From contig CAVRCS010000001.1 in assembly GCA_963719635.1 (NCBI GenBank), positions 288,756-352,755 on the forward strand: 64,000 nt of DNA, given 5' to 3'. The translations under genes and the position numbers were made by a program. The notes below the pieces were generated by a model. The model was not told where the DNA came from. It was given only the letters and a program-made list of their open reading frames with translations, and made no database searches. This DNA is from an uncultured Thermoplasmata archaeon (GTDB taxonomy: Archaea; Thermoplasmatota; Thermoplasmata; Lutacidiplasmatales; UBA184). Below are positions 1-9,588 of the stretch, in pieces. Positions within the stretch are counted from its first letter, which is position 1. Every line of letters starts with the position of its first letter.

Positions 1-149
1 GGTGGCGCGCTCGCCATCGTGCAGCCCCGCTTCCCGGTCGCGGGGGCGGGCAGCCCCCCGTGGGGGCGCCCGCCGCCGTGGACGTGAGCGCCGCGGCACG
101 CGGTCGGACCCCCCCTTACACGCGCGCCCGCTGAGGTCGGGGCCCGCCG

Positions 150-728
150 ATGCACTTCGTCGAGGACCTGCTCTTCGGGTTGCTCCTGGGGTTCTCCCTC
201 GCGGGCCCCCCAGGCCCGATGAATGCGTGGATCGCCGCGGTCGCGGCGCGTTCGTACCGCGCTGGCGTCCTCACCGGCCTCGGCGCGATGACGGCCGACG
301 GGATCCTGGGGGCTGCGGTCTACCTGCTGGGCCGGTGGGTCAACCTGACCGCCGCCCTGCGGTTCGTCTACCTCCTCGGCGCGGCCGTGATGGCGGTCCT
401 CGCCTACCTCCTCCTCCGGGGCCGTACCGCCCCGGAGGAACGGGCAGCGGACGGCAGCACCATCCTCCGGGCGCTCGGGATCGGGCTCTCCAACCCGTTC
501 CAGGTCGTCTGGTGGCTGACGGCCGGGGTCGCCTTCGCGTATATCGGAGGCCTCGTCCTGCTTGCCGGCCTGTTCGGCGCGATCGTCGTGTGGGTCGTCG
601 CCTTCCCCTGGCTCATCCGCGCGGGCGTACGGCGCTGGCCGTCGGTCGAGCAGGCTGTGCGCCTTGTCTCGGGGGCGATCCTGGCCGCGTTCGCGGCGTA
701 CTTCGCCGTGCTGTTCGTGCGCGGTTAG
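150..728 (+). CDS. LysE/RhtB-family amino-acid exporter
   Basis: Complete ORF with ATG at 150. It has a multi-TM hydrophobic profile, and the N-terminal [12 protein letters not shown] segment and overall layout are typical of LysE translocators. Confidence 0.75.
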   Translation: MHFVEDLLFGLLLGFSLAGPPGPMNAWIAAVAARSYRAGVLTGLGAMTADGILGAAVYLLGRWVNLTAALRFVYLLGAAVMAVLAYLLLRGRTAPEERAADGSTILRALGIGLSNPFQVVWWLTAGVAFAYIGGLVLLAGLFGAIVVWVVAFPWLIRAGVRRWPSVEQAVRLVSGAILAAFAAYFAVLFVRG

Positions 729-1308
729 GCGCCGGGCGTCGCCGACCACGCCGCTCCGCCGAGACGCGACGCGTACTTCGACCGGAACTTCGCCAGCTTC
801 GGGGCGATCACGGCCTGGCAGTACGCCTGCTCCGGGTGCCGGCGGTAGTAGCCGCGGTGGTATCCTCGGCCGGGTAGAACGTCGTGAGGGCCGTCACCTC
901 GGTGACGACCGCGCGGGAGTAGAGTTTCTCCTCGGTGACCTCGCGGATCGCCTCCTCCGCGGCGGCCTTCTGGGCCGGGCTCCGGTAGAAGACGGCGCTG
1001 CGGTACTGGGTGCCCGTGTCCGGTCCCTGGCGGTTCATGGTCGTCGGGTCGTGGGTCGTGAAGAAGATCACCAGAAGGTCGTGCACCGACACGGCCCGCG
1101 GGTCGAACGTCACGTCGACGGCCTCGGCGTGCCCCGTGCGGCCCGCGCAAACCTGCTCGTACGTCGGGTTCGCTACGGACCCGCCCGCGTAGCCGGGGAC
1201 GGCCGACACGACGCCGCGCAGCTCGGAAAAGACCGCCTCGGTGCACCAGAAGCAGCCGCCGGCGAGGACGAGACGCTCGGTCTCCGAGGGCGCGGGGTCG
1301 GCGGACAC
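725..1308 (-). CDS. msrA: Peptide methionine sulfoxide reductase MsrA (frame-shifted near 862)
   Basis: The GCFWC active-site motif ([13 protein letters not shown]) and the [23 protein letters not shown] core lie in the frame of ORF 808..1521. The C-terminal [23 protein letters not shown] continues in the frame of ORF 725..1246. The two join if one T is restored at about 861-863. The GTG start at 1308 is assumed. Confidence 0.8.
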
Positions 1309-1354
1309 GGCCGAGAGAGGGAGGGAAGGCTCTTGACGGTTGGGCAGCGCCGGG

Positions 1355-2098
1355 CTAGCCGGAAGCGGAGCGGTTCGCGGGAGCGCCGACCAGGACGAGG
1401 AGCCCGCCGAGGACGGCCGCGAACGGGGCGATCGCGAGCGTCTCCGCGAGGCCCGGGAATTTGGCGAAGAGGCCCACGAACGGCAGCAGCAGGTCGGCCG
1501 CCAGGATCGCGTAGACGACACCCGCCGCGACGATCAGGCCGCGGGCGAAGTACTTGCCGGAGAGGAGGAGTCCCGTCGAGAGGCCGACGACGCCGACCCA
1601 CGCCAGCCAGAAGCCGGCGAGCGCCGCGTAGCCGGCCGCCGGGTCGGCGCCGCGTAGGCAGCTCAACGCACGGGTCGCGGGACCGCCGACGCACGTCGCG
1701 ACGGCGGCCGAGCCCCCAGCGAAGTACGCTGCGGCGATGACGAGGGCTAGGGCGCCGACCGAGCCGACGAGGCAGAGGACCGAGGCGACCCGAAGGACCG
1801 GGTCGGCGTGCTTGAGGTGCGAGAACGCCCGTCGGTAGAGGATCAAGGCAACGAGTACCAGCACGGCGCCGACGACCGCCAGGATCCCTTCGAAGTGAAG
1901 ACTGCCCGCCCCGAAGCGTGGGACGCCGAACAGCCGGCCGTGCGCGAAGAGGAACAACGCGATCGGCACGGCGAGGAGCAGGAACGAGCCTGCGACCGCG
2001 AGCGCACCGGCCAGCCGGAGGTCGCCGGCGGCCTTTCCCTCCTCCGTGGACGGGGGAGACGGGGCGCCGCCGTTGCCTCCGCTCGGGATCTCCCTCAC
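1355..2098 (-). CDS. Integral membrane protein of unknown function
   Basis: ORF 1355..2479 trimmed to GTG 2098, which overlaps the stop of the upstream gene by 4 nt (GTGA). The retained part is a series of hydrophobic helices. The discarded N-terminal part is Arg/Pro-rich shadow sequence that overlaps the GyrI-like gene. Confidence 0.6.
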   Translation of the reverse strand: MREIPSGGNGGAPSPPSTEEGKAAGDLRLAGALAVAGSFLLLAVPIALFLFAHGRLFGVPRFGAGSLHFEGILAVVGAVLVLVALILYRRAFSHLKHADPVLRVASVLCLVGSVGALALVIAAAYFAGGSAAVATCVGGPATRALSCLRGADPAAGYAALAGFWLAWVGVVGLSTGLLLSGKYFARGLIVAAGVVYAILAADLLLPFVGLFAKFPGLAETLAIAPFAAVLGGLLVLVGAPANRSASG

Positions 2099-2547
2099 CT
2101 CCGGACGACGAACTGGACTTCGGTGTGGGCCCACGCCTTCGGGTCGGTCCACGGGTTGCCCGAGTAGACCTCTCGGGAGCTGACGACCGATTTGATCTCC
2201 TTCTCCTTCTTTCTCCAGCGGAGCCAGTCGGACAGTCCGTGGTAGACGACGCGCGGCGCGACCTGCTCGGGGTCGAAGACCACGCGGGCGACGCGGGCCG
2301 CGGGATACACCTTCGCCCGGACGCCGCCCGACCCGTGGACCGGTCCGCGCACCTCGATCGCCACTTCCCAGCGGCGGTCGGCGGGCTCGCGCATGACCCA
2401 ACGGCCCGTCCGGACGCCGTGCTCCCGCGCCCAGCGCTCCAAGCGCGAGAACTGGCTGCGGATCTTTCCGTCGCTCCACGGTCCGGACCAGGAGAGGGAG
2501 ATGACGCGGATCGGGGGGGCGGTCGCGAACGTGAAATCGACGGTCAT
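2095..2547 (-). CDS. GyrI-like small-molecule-binding domain protein
   Basis: 150-aa ORF. The SREVYSGNPWTDPKAWAHTEVQFVV C-terminus and duplicated beta-rich layout resemble the GyrI-like/AraC effector-binding fold. Confidence 0.55.
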   Translation of the reverse strand: MTVDFTFATAPPIRVISLSWSGPWSDGKIRSQFSRLERWAREHGVRTGRWVMREPADRRWEVAIEVRGPVHGSGGVRAKVYPAARVARVVFDPEQVAPRVVYHGLSDWLRWRKKEKEIKSVVSSREVYSGNPWTDPKAWAHTEVQFVVRR

Positions 2548-2601
2548 CGGTTCCTCGGGGCGGACGACCGCCCCTCCTCTTGAGGACTGCGCCCGCCGCA
2601 G

Positions 2602-3605
2602 CTAACGCAGGACCGGCAGCGCCGAGGCGGGGCCGGGCCCGTCGTCCGACGGGGCCCCGACGGCGACCGGGTCCGGGGTCGGCTGCCCCCCCACGTCCGT
2701 GACGTATCCCCCGTAGTCCGGGACCCGCCGCGTGATCACCGTGCGGAACGCGTCACGGAGCTCGGCGTCGTCCAGCCCTCGCGTCGGGATCAGGTCGTCG
2801 TCGCGGTTCAGGCACCCCTTGAGCTCCCCGCGGTGCGTCACGCGGATCCGGTGGCAGTTCGCGCAGAACTCGGGGTTGCGGACCGGGTCGACGAGCTCGA
2901 CCTCCGTCCGCCCGAACAGGTAGATCCGGCGATGGTGCATCTCGCGGACAAGGGTCCGGCTGGCGTGGTCGTCCAGCCAGCGGACGACCTCCGCGAGGTC
3001 GACGCTGAACCGGTCGCGCTGGACGAGCTCCGGCATGAACTGGATCAGCTGGAGCTTGAGTCCATCGTGGCTGGCAACGTAGTCGACCATCTCGGGGATC
3101 GACCGGACGGTGTCGCGGAAGACGACCATGTTCAGCTTCACCGGCTTCAGGCCGACCTGCAGCGCGGCCCGGACCCCTCGAGCACCGGGCCGAGCGCGCC
3201 GTGCCGGATCGCCCGGAATCCCTCGGGCGAGAGCGTGTCGACCGAGACGTTCACGCGCTTGAGGCCGGCGTCGCGCAGGCCCGCGGCCCGGCCGGCGAGC
3301 ATCGAGCCGTTCGTCGTTAGCGACACGTCCGAGATCTGCCGGACCACCCGCCCGACGACCTCCTCGAGGTCGTCGCGGACGAGCGGCTCGCCCCCGGTGA
3401 ACTTGACCGAGCGAATCCCGAACTCGCGCGCCACCGCCGCCAGGCGTTCGACCTCGGCGACGGTCACCTCCTCCCCGTGGGGCGTCCCCGGCCCGGCGAC
3501 CGGCCCGAGGCCCTCGTCATGGCAGTAGACACACGAAAAGTTGCACCGCTTGGTGACGCTGATGCGGATGTCGGTGACGGCCCGCCCCCACAGGTCGGTC
3601 AACAC
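2602..3605 (-). CDS. moaA: GTP 3',8-cyclase MoaA, radical SAM (frame-shifted near 3175)
   Basis: Motifs present are CNFSCVYCH (CX3CX2C), FTGGEPL and the C-terminal CANCHRIRVTHRGELKGCL cluster motif. The ORF frames 3147..3839 and 2602..3141 join (LEG-VRAALQVGLKPVKLNMVV) if one base is restored in the C-run 3174-3177. GTG 3605 lies about 27 nt from the TATAAA at 3630-3635. Confidence 0.8.
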
Positions 3606-3629
3606 GGCCGTCCCATCGGGACGGCCGCC

Positions 3630-3635
3630 TTTATA
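3630..3635 (-). promoter_or_regulatory. TATA box upstream of moaA (leaderless geometry)
   Basis: The minus strand reads TATAAA, centred about 27 nt upstream of GTG 3605. Confidence 0.45.
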
Positions 3636-3660
3636 GCCGGCGGGGGCGGGCCCGGGGCCC

Positions 3661-4620
3661 CTACTCCTGCGTTGGGGCGGCCTCCGGGTTCTCTTCGAGA
3701 GAGACGCTGGTCGCCCGCTCGTCCCCGCGGCGGCGGAACGACAGCACGGCGTCCGCGCCGACGGGGAACCGGGCGAGCGCTTCGAGCAGCTCGCGCACGG
3801 TCCGCACCGGGATAGGGCCGACGGCGGTGAGGACGTCACCGGACCGGAGTCCGGCGCGGTGCGCAGGCGAGCGCGGCACGACCTCGGCGACGAACAGCCC
3901 GCTCTGCGGCTCGAGGCTCAGCTGGCGGGCGAGCGTGGTGGTGAGCTCGGCGACCTCGACGCCCACCCAGGGCCGGACGACGCGACCGGTCTTACGGAGT
4001 TGCTCGGTGATCCGTTCCGCCGCATGGATCGGCAGGGCAAAGCCGACGCCCTGAGCGAACGGGACCATCGCGGTGTTGATCCCCACCACGGCGCCGGAGA
4101 GGTCGACCAGCGGACCTCCGCTGTTCCCGGGGTTGATCGCCGCGTCGGTCTGCAGAAGGCCTTCAAAGACGAAGTCGGTCCCGGGCAGCGGGCGCGCGAG
4201 CGCGCTCACCACGCCGAGCGAGACGGTCGGCCCGCCCGGCAGTCCGAGGGCGTGGCCGACCGCGAGCACGATTTGGCCGACGCGCAGGGTGCCGGAATCC
4301 CCCAGGCGGGCGGCGGGGAGGTCCGAGGCGTCTACCCTCAGCAGCGCGAGGTCGGTCACGGCGTCCCCGCCGACGACCTCCGCGGTCAGCTCCCGGCCGT
4401 CGGCGAGGCGCACGGTGACGTGGGCGGCCCCGTCGACCACGTGCTGGTTCGTGAGCAGATAGCCGGCGGGGTCGGTCACCACCGCGGTCGCCTGGGCAGG
4501 GATCCCGAAGGCGGGGCCCCGCCACCGGCTCCCGAGACGTACCGTGTCGACGGCGGCGACGCTCGGCGCGATCGCCTCCACGGCGGAGGCGATGCGAGCC
4601 TCGAGGTCGGCGAGCGCCAT
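3661..4620 (-). CDS. HtrA/DegP-family serine protease with PDZ domain
   Basis: ORF 3661..5784 trimmed to ATG 4620. Trypsin-like triad contexts are TNQHVV (His), DLALLRV (Asp) and GNSGGPLV (Ser). The C-terminal PDZ-like segment reads GLFVAEVVPRSPAHRAGLRSGDVL. The remaining 388 N-terminal residues of the ORF are Arg/Pro-rich shadow sequence. Confidence 0.85.
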   Translation of the reverse strand: MALADLEARIASAVEAIAPSVAAVDTVRLGSRWRGPAFGIPAQATAVVTDPAGYLLTNQHVVDGAAHVTVRLADGRELTAEVVGGDAVTDLALLRVDASDLPAARLGDSGTLRVGQIVLAVGHALGLPGGPTVSLGVVSALARPLPGTDFVFEGLLQTDAAINPGNSGGPLVDLSGAVVGINTAMVPFAQGVGFALPIHAAERITEQLRKTGRVVRPWVGVEVAELTTTLARQLSLEPQSGLFVAEVVPRSPAHRAGLRSGDVLTAVGPIPVRTVRELLEALARFPVGADAVLSFRRRGDERATSVSLEENPEAAPTQE

Positions 4621-4932
4621 CACACCACCCCCGGGGAGGCCGAGCCCCGGCCCGGCCACGGCGCAGCCGCCTCCGGCCCGATCGGAGGGGCCGGTAGCGG
4701 TGGCATCGGCCCGGCGGCGGGCGCATTCGTCAGGAGGCGAGAGACGGGTCGGGCGACGGTTCGATGCGACATGTTCCGTTCCAACGGGCGGAGAGCCCGG
4801 TGTGCTCACCGCTCGGTCGAGGATATTGACCGGTTCGGCCTCGACCCGGTCACGCTGTTCGCTCTCCGGGGCCGGTGGACCAGCCGATAACGTTCGGGTA
4901 AGCGGTCCGCTAAACCACCCGTTCCGGTTTCT

Positions 4933-5556
4933 TTGGCGATGACCGACGACCGCAGCCCCGAGCCCGGGCGGCTGGACGAGCGCGTTCTGTCGGCGCTCCA
5001 CGGCCTTCCTGGGCGACTCGCGTTCGGAGGTCTCCGCCGGGTCCTGCACGCGCACCCCGAGTCTCTCTCGCGGTCGCTCCGTCGGCTTGAGCGCGAGGGG
5101 CTCGTCGAGCGTCTCGACGGCGGGTACCGGGCGCTCGGGCCCTCCGGAGGAGAGGAACAGTTTGCGGGGCCGGAGCCCCGACTGCGAACGGTCGCTCGGG
5201 TCGAGCTGCCTGCCGGCCCACCGGCGGCCGACGTCGCGGAACAGCTCGCGGGTCGATGGTTCGGCTCGCTTCGATGGGTAGGCCGCATCGACCGACCCGA
5301 AGGGAGGCTGCTCGCCTGGGCGCGGCGGGACGGCGACGGTCTCGTCTTGCTCGGGGTTCGGCACCGGCAGTTGAGCGTCTACGTCCCCGAGTCGGGGGAT
5401 CAGGACCAGCCGACCGGAGGGGACGCGCCGGCGTACGACCTCCTCGTGCATGCCGCGGAACTGTTGCGCGCCCCGGTCGCCGCCGTCGCGGAGTCGTACG
5501 GCTCCGCGGTCCGGGCGTTCGAACTCGGCCCCGCCCCCCGAACGATCGCCGGCTGA
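4933..5556 (+). CDS. Putative winged-helix transcriptional regulator
   Basis: The N-terminal LRRVLHAHPESLSRSLRRLEREGLVERLDGGY reads as an ArsR/MarR-like wHTH. The C-terminal domain is unknown. The start is TTG 4933 or ATG 4939. Confidence 0.5.
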   Translation: MAMTDDRSPEPGRLDERVLSALHGLPGRLAFGGLRRVLHAHPESLSRSLRRLEREGLVERLDGGYRALGPSGGEEQFAGPEPRLRTVARVELPAGPPAADVAEQLAGRWFGSLRWVGRIDRPEGRLLAWARRDGDGLVLLGVRHRQLSVYVPESGDQDQPTGGDAPAYDLLVHAAELLRAPVAAVAESYGSAVRAFELGPAPRTIAG

Positions 5557-5587
5557 CCCGAGCGACGGTCCGTATCGCCGGGCGCCC

Positions 5588-6064
5588 CTACAGCGGCGCC
5601 CCGCACGACGGGCACCGGTTGTGGGCCTCGTCCGCAAGGCCGCCGCAGTAGCGGCACCGGACCTTGACGACGGTCCGCTCGCCCGGGGGGTGGGCCGACC
5701 CGGCTGTCGGAGCCGGAGCGGGCTCCCCGTGCCGTCGGGCCTCCGCGATGGCGCTGGCCCATGCCCCGGGCTCGAGGACGTCAAGCACGTCGTGGTGCTG
5801 CCGCACGTCCACGACCAGGCGAGGGCGAACGACCCGACCGGTACGCACCGACACGTTGCGGAGCTCCCCGAGGGGCACGTCGACGACCAGCTCGACGTCG
5901 CGGCCCCCGGCGTAGTTCCGAACGAGGCCCCTCGTCGTCGGCGCCTCGAAGACGAGCCGCTCGGTGGTCAGGTACAGTACCCCGGCCCGCCGCTTGTCCC
6001 TGCGACCTCGATCGAGCACGGCGTACGCGCTGCGGAGGACCGTCTCACGGGCTCCGAGGAGCAT
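5588..6064 (-). CDS. PH/GRAM-like domain protein with C-terminal zinc ribbon
   Basis: ATG at 6064. The GVLYLTTERLVFE motif is typical of bacterial PH/GRAM-like domains. The C-terminus CRYCGG...CPSCGAPL is a CxxC-x10-CxxC ribbon. Confidence 0.5.
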   Translation of the reverse strand: MLLGARETVLRSAYAVLDRGRRDKRRAGVLYLTTERLVFEAPTTRGLVRNYAGGRDVELVVDVPLGELRNVSVRTGRVVRPRLVVDVRQHHDVLDVLEPGAWASAIAEARRHGEPAPAPTAGSAHPPGERTVVKVRCRYCGGLADEAHNRCPSCGAPL

Positions 6065-6095
6065 GGGCGGTCCGACCCCTGTCCTTCGCCGCGCG

Positions 6096-7835
6096 CTAGT
6101 GCGCCCCGCCGGAGCTGCGGTTCTGCGCGTCCAGCCACCGCTGCAGGGGCGCGAAGTACTCGAGCAGTCCGCCGGCGTCCATCCGCCGCTCGCCGGTGAC
6201 CGCCTCGAGCGCGTCGGGCCACTCGCGGCTCGAGCCCATCGTCAGCATCGCCGCGAGCCCGCGCCCCGCCTCCTTGGAGCCGTAGATCGACCCGCGATGG
6301 ATCGGGCCGGTGACCCCGGCCTCCCGCAGGAGCGCCCGGTGGAACTGGAACTGCAGGATGTGGGCGAGGAAGTAGCGGATGTACGGGACGTTCGCGGGCA
6401 CGTGGAACTTCGCCCCGGGGTCGAATTCGTCGTCGCCGCGAGGGTGCGGGGGCGCGACCCCCTGGTACCGTTCGCGCAGCGCCCACCAGCGCGCGTTGTA
6501 CTCGGAGGGCCGGATCCGTCCGGCGAACACCTCCCAGCGCCATTTGTCGATGAGCAGTCCGAACGGCAGGAATGCGACCTTCTCCAGCGCCCGCTCGAGC
6601 AGGAACGGGAGGTCGTCCTCCTCCGCCGGCGCCTGCTCCAGCAAGCCGATCTTCTGCAGGTAGCCGGGGGTGACCGAGAGCGCGATGGTGTCGCCGACGG
6701 CCTCGTGGAAGCCGTCGTGCGCGCTGTCGCGGAACAGGTACGGATGGTGGCCGTACGCCCGCTGGTAGTAGTTGTGGCCGAGCTCGTGGTGGATGGTGCG
6801 GAAGTCCTCGCCCGTGATCTCGATGCACATCTTGATCCGGAGGTCGTTGACGAAGTCGAGGTCCCACGCGCTGGCGTGGCAGACGACCTCGCGGTCGCGC
6901 GGGCGGACGAACATCGAGTTCGTCCAGAACGGTGCCGGCAACGGTTCCAGCCCGAGGGAGACGAAGAACCCCTCGGCGTACCGCACCATCTGCTCCGGGG
7001 TCGTCCCCTTGGCCGTCAGCAGCTGGGTGAGGTCGACCGGGGGCTTGGTGGACGGCGGCGCGAGGAGCGGGAAGATCCCGTCCCACTGCTGGGCCCACAT
7101 GTTCCCGAACAGGTGGACGGGCAGCGGTCCCGAGGCGGGAACCACGTCCGGCCCGTAGGTGGCCCGCAGCCTGCCCCGCACGTAGGTGTGGAGCGACTCG
7201 TAGAGCGGGCGGACCTGCTCCCAGAGCCGGTCGGCCTCCCGGGCGAACGCGTCCGGCTCCATGTCGTACTTCGCCCGCCACATCGCGCCGGTGTCCGCGA
7301 AGCCGAGCTCGCGGGCGCCCAGGTTGGCGAGCTCGACGTACCGCTCGAAGTCGGGACGGATCGCCCGCCCGACGTGGTGCCAGCCGGTCCAGACGTCCTC
7401 GAGGAGCTTCGGGTCGCGGCTCTCGGTCAGGATCCGCGAGAGGCCCTGCAGGTCGGCCGACTCCTTCTGCCCCTTCGGCGTGTGGCGGCCTTTCGAGTAG
7501 ACCGCCTGCATGCTCGTCACCCGTCGGGTCAGTTCCTGGGCGAGCGCGGGGTCCGCCGGCGCGATGAGCGGCAGCGACAGCGGCAGGAGCTTCGCCTTCC
7601 GGGCGGTCGTCGGGTCCGTCGGGCCGCCCATGAGCTTCGCCGCCTCGCGGGCGCGCCGCACGGTCGCGGTGATCAGCCGGGCGAGGGCGCTGGAGGAGAG
7701 CTCCTCGGTGTCCGGAGTGATGTAGGTGCAGTAGACCCAGTCGGCCCGCTGGGACTCGATCGCCGCCGCCATCAACTCCTGCTCGGCCTCCGCCAGGAAC
7801 CGGGACGCGTCGCTCGGGGTCTCCGCACCGGACAT
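6096..7835 (-). CDS. Peptidyl-dipeptidase, M2 (angiotensin-converting-enzyme-like) family
   Basis: ORF 6096..8426 trimmed to ATG 7835. The zinc site HHELGHNYYQ...GFHEAVGDTIALSV and FHVPANVPYIRYFLAHILQFQFHRALLREAG closely parallel ACE motifs (HHEMGH...FHEAIGD, PYIRYF..LQFQFH). No N-terminal signal peptide is visible. Confidence 0.85.
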   Translation of the reverse strand: MSGAETPSDASRFLAEAEQELMAAAIESQRADWVYCTYITPDTEELSSSALARLITATVRRAREAAKLMGGPTDPTTARKAKLLPLSLPLIAPADPALAQELTRRVTSMQAVYSKGRHTPKGQKESADLQGLSRILTESRDPKLLEDVWTGWHHVGRAIRPDFERYVELANLGARELGFADTGAMWRAKYDMEPDAFAREADRLWEQVRPLYESLHTYVRGRLRATYGPDVVPASGPLPVHLFGNMWAQQWDGIFPLLAPPSTKPPVDLTQLLTAKGTTPEQMVRYAEGFFVSLGLEPLPAPFWTNSMFVRPRDREVVCHASAWDLDFVNDLRIKMCIEITGEDFRTIHHELGHNYYQRAYGHHPYLFRDSAHDGFHEAVGDTIALSVTPGYLQKIGLLEQAPAEEDDLPFLLERALEKVAFLPFGLLIDKWRWEVFAGRIRPSEYNARWWALRERYQGVAPPHPRGDDEFDPGAKFHVPANVPYIRYFLAHILQFQFHRALLREAGVTGPIHRGSIYGSKEAGRGLAAMLTMGSSREWPDALEAVTGERRMDAGGLLEYFAPLQRWLDAQNRSSGGAH

Positions 7836-8042
7836 CGTTTGCCTCGGGACGTTGCCAGCGGACGGTCGCTTTAACCTCCGTCGCGACTTTTCGGCCGACC
7901 GGGCGCCTCCGCGGCCGCACCGACGACCGGTCCGCTTGTTGTCCGCCACGACTCTTCGGTAGTAACCAAGGGCCGGACCCCCCCGTTTCCAGTGGAGGTC
8001 GGGATTTATGTACGACGTCCGTCTGACAAGCTCCGACTGACG

Positions 8043-8198
8043 ATGTCCGACACCCCGGCCGGCTGGGCGGAGTTGATCGCGGCGCCCCTCGGAGCCAAGC
8101 CGTTGGTCGACTGCGCCTTTGGCCTTCTTCCGTTCCTCGTGGACCCCCCCCTCTGCCTCGAGCCGGCGCTCCCCGCGCCCCGGACGGCCCCCCCGTGA
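8043..8198 (+). CDS. Small hypothetical protein (51 aa)
   Basis: ATG 8043 lies about 35 nt downstream of a TTTATG TATA-like element (about 8005-8010). Third-position G+C is very high, as in real genes here. No recognisable domain. Confidence 0.25.
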   Translation: MSDTPAGWAELIAAPLGAKPLVDCAFGLLPFLVDPPLCLEPALPAPRTAPP

Positions 8199-8431
8199 TG
8201 GCCCGGCGGAACGATGAACGAGCGATCGCGGCCCTCTCGATGCGGCGCGCTCTTCCGGCCTCGCTCGGCGTGGGAGTTCCCCGGGGCTACGGAGTCCCCC
8301 CACGTCTGTCGCCAGACGCGGCAGCAGCTTTCGCGACGTACGTCGACTCCGCCCGAGCCCGGGCCGCCATAGAGGGCCGGACCCTCGTCTACACCGTCCG
8401 CTGGGGCGCAAATACCACGACGGCACCGTAG
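8195..8431 (+). CDS. Small hypothetical protein (78 aa)
   Basis: GTG 8195 overlaps the stop of the preceding small ORF (GTGA). Codon bias is weaker. No recognisable domain. Confidence 0.2.
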   Translation: MMARRNDERAIAALSMRRALPASLGVGVPRGYGVPPRLSPDAAAAFATYVDSARARAAIEGRTLVYTVRWGANTTTAP

Positions 8432-8439
8432 GCCGCCCT

Positions 8440-8967
8440 CTACGGACCGTGGTGTGGCTCCCCCGAGTGGGGGAGAGGTGTTTCCGGCGCGTCGGCCGAA
8501 AGTTCCAACCCGCGCTTCGAGAGCTCGTCGGCCCGCGTGTTCTCCTCCCGGGGAACCCAAGTGTACTCGACCCGACGGAACGACCTCGCCAACTGGGCGA
8601 GGCGGTCGTGGTACGGCTGGAGGTGCTCCGTGCGCACCTGGTACTCGTCGTTCATCTGGCGGATCACGAGCTCGCTGTCACCGTGGAGGCGGACGTCACC
8701 GGAGTACCCCGCCCGCACCAGCCACTCGAGCGCACAGATCGCCGCGGAGTACTCGGCGACGTTGTTCGTCGCCCTCGGGTGCCCGGGGGGCACGGCGAGG
8801 CCGCACTCCTCGTGCTGGTATCCCCCGCCCCAGAGGGTGTAGCCCCAGGCCGCCACGCGTCGTCGCCCGACCGTCTCGCACGCGCCGTCGAAGTGGACGT
8901 CGACCGGACCCGCGGGGGGTGGGGCTACGCCGCGCGGAACGTCGCGGTCCTCCGAAGACCCGCTCAT
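8440..8967 (-). CDS. rnhA: Ribonuclease HI (type 1 RNase H)
   Basis: Motifs are VHFDGAC (Asp), NNVAEYSA (Glu), HGDSELVIRQM (Asp) and REENTRADELS (Asp). ATG 8967 overlaps the upstream stop (ATGA). Confidence 0.8.
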   Translation of the reverse strand: MSGSSEDRDVPRGVAPPPAGPVDVHFDGACETVGRRRVAAWGYTLWGGGYQHEECGLAVPPGHPRATNNVAEYSAAICALEWLVRAGYSGDVRLHGDSELVIRQMNDEYQVRTEHLQPYHDRLAQLARSFRRVEYTWVPREENTRADELSKRGLELSADAPETPLPHSGEPHHGP

Positions 8968-9473
8968 CCGGCGACGTCCCTCGCCCGCGCCCGGGTGAAC
9001 GTCCCGGAAGACCGCGGCAGCGACGAGCAGTTGCAGAGCACTTCAGCTCGCGCGCACGGCGGACACGTCGGGCGGTCGAGCACCTGGCCGAGCGGCCGGC
9101 CGCAGCCCCGGCACTCCCGGGCCCGAGCGCATCGAGGGCACCGGGCGAGGTCGGCGGTGATGACGGTGCGGCAGTGTCGGCAGTGCACCGGGTCGTTCGG
9201 GTACCGTATCCGCGACCGGGGTGCCGGAGCGCTCGCGGCCGCGCGCTCCGGGGCGTCCTCGTAGTTGCCGAACGTGCCGCCGACCGTTGTCCGCCGCGGG
9301 TCGTCGCTGGACGCCGCGAGCATGACGACGAACAGCCCGAGCGGCGCGATCAGGAACCCGACGACCTGCTCAGGGTCCAGGAGCTCGTGGCCCAGGACCA
9401 TCACGGGAAAGGCGACCAAGCCGAGGCCCACGAGCACCACCCCGACGCCCACCCACGCGAACGGTCGGTTCAT
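8964..9473 (-). CDS. Membrane-anchored zinc-ribbon protein, unknown function
   Basis: Trimmed to ATG 9473. Two N-terminal hydrophobic helices are followed by HCRHC...CPRC...CRGC...CPPC cysteine pairs. Confidence 0.5.
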   Translation of the reverse strand: MNRPFAWVGVGVVLVGLGLVAFPVMVLGHELLDPEQVVGFLIAPLGLFVVMLAASSDDPRRTTVGGTFGNYEDAPERAAASAPAPRSRIRYPNDPVHCRHCRTVITADLARCPRCARARECRGCGRPLGQVLDRPTCPPCARAEVLCNCSSLPRSSGTFTRARARDVAG

Positions 9474-9588
9474 CGCCTCCGCCGGGAGTCCGGCGTTCCT
9501 AGCCGCCCAATCCCTGATAAACGGAGCGGAGGACCGGCGCGGTGAGGGAAGGGGCCGGGGTTTTCCGCCCGGTGGGGCTGGCCGTGGC

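Noticed and set aside
4621-5784. An N-terminal 388-aa extension of the HtrA ORF (707 aa in total).
   Set aside because: The extension is Arg/Pro-rich with no domain and overlaps the plus-strand wHTH gene. The protease domain starts cleanly at ATG 4620. The same applies to the extensions 7836-8426 (M2 peptidase), 17280-17756 (radical SAM, which overlaps psmA), 3606-3839 (moaA) and 2099-2479.
5964-7920. Two very long ORFs (636 aa on the plus strand, 650 aa on the minus strand) overlap the M2 peptidase gene.
   Set aside because: Their translations are Arg/Pro/Gly-rich and low in complexity, with no motifs. They are typical shadow frames of a real high-GC gene, and the M2 frame carries clear family motifs. 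The same logic removes 12722-14719 (+), 19160-21664 (+), 21292-23574 (+), 35486-38068 (+), 56273-58060 (+), 47414-49468 (-) and many others in the track.
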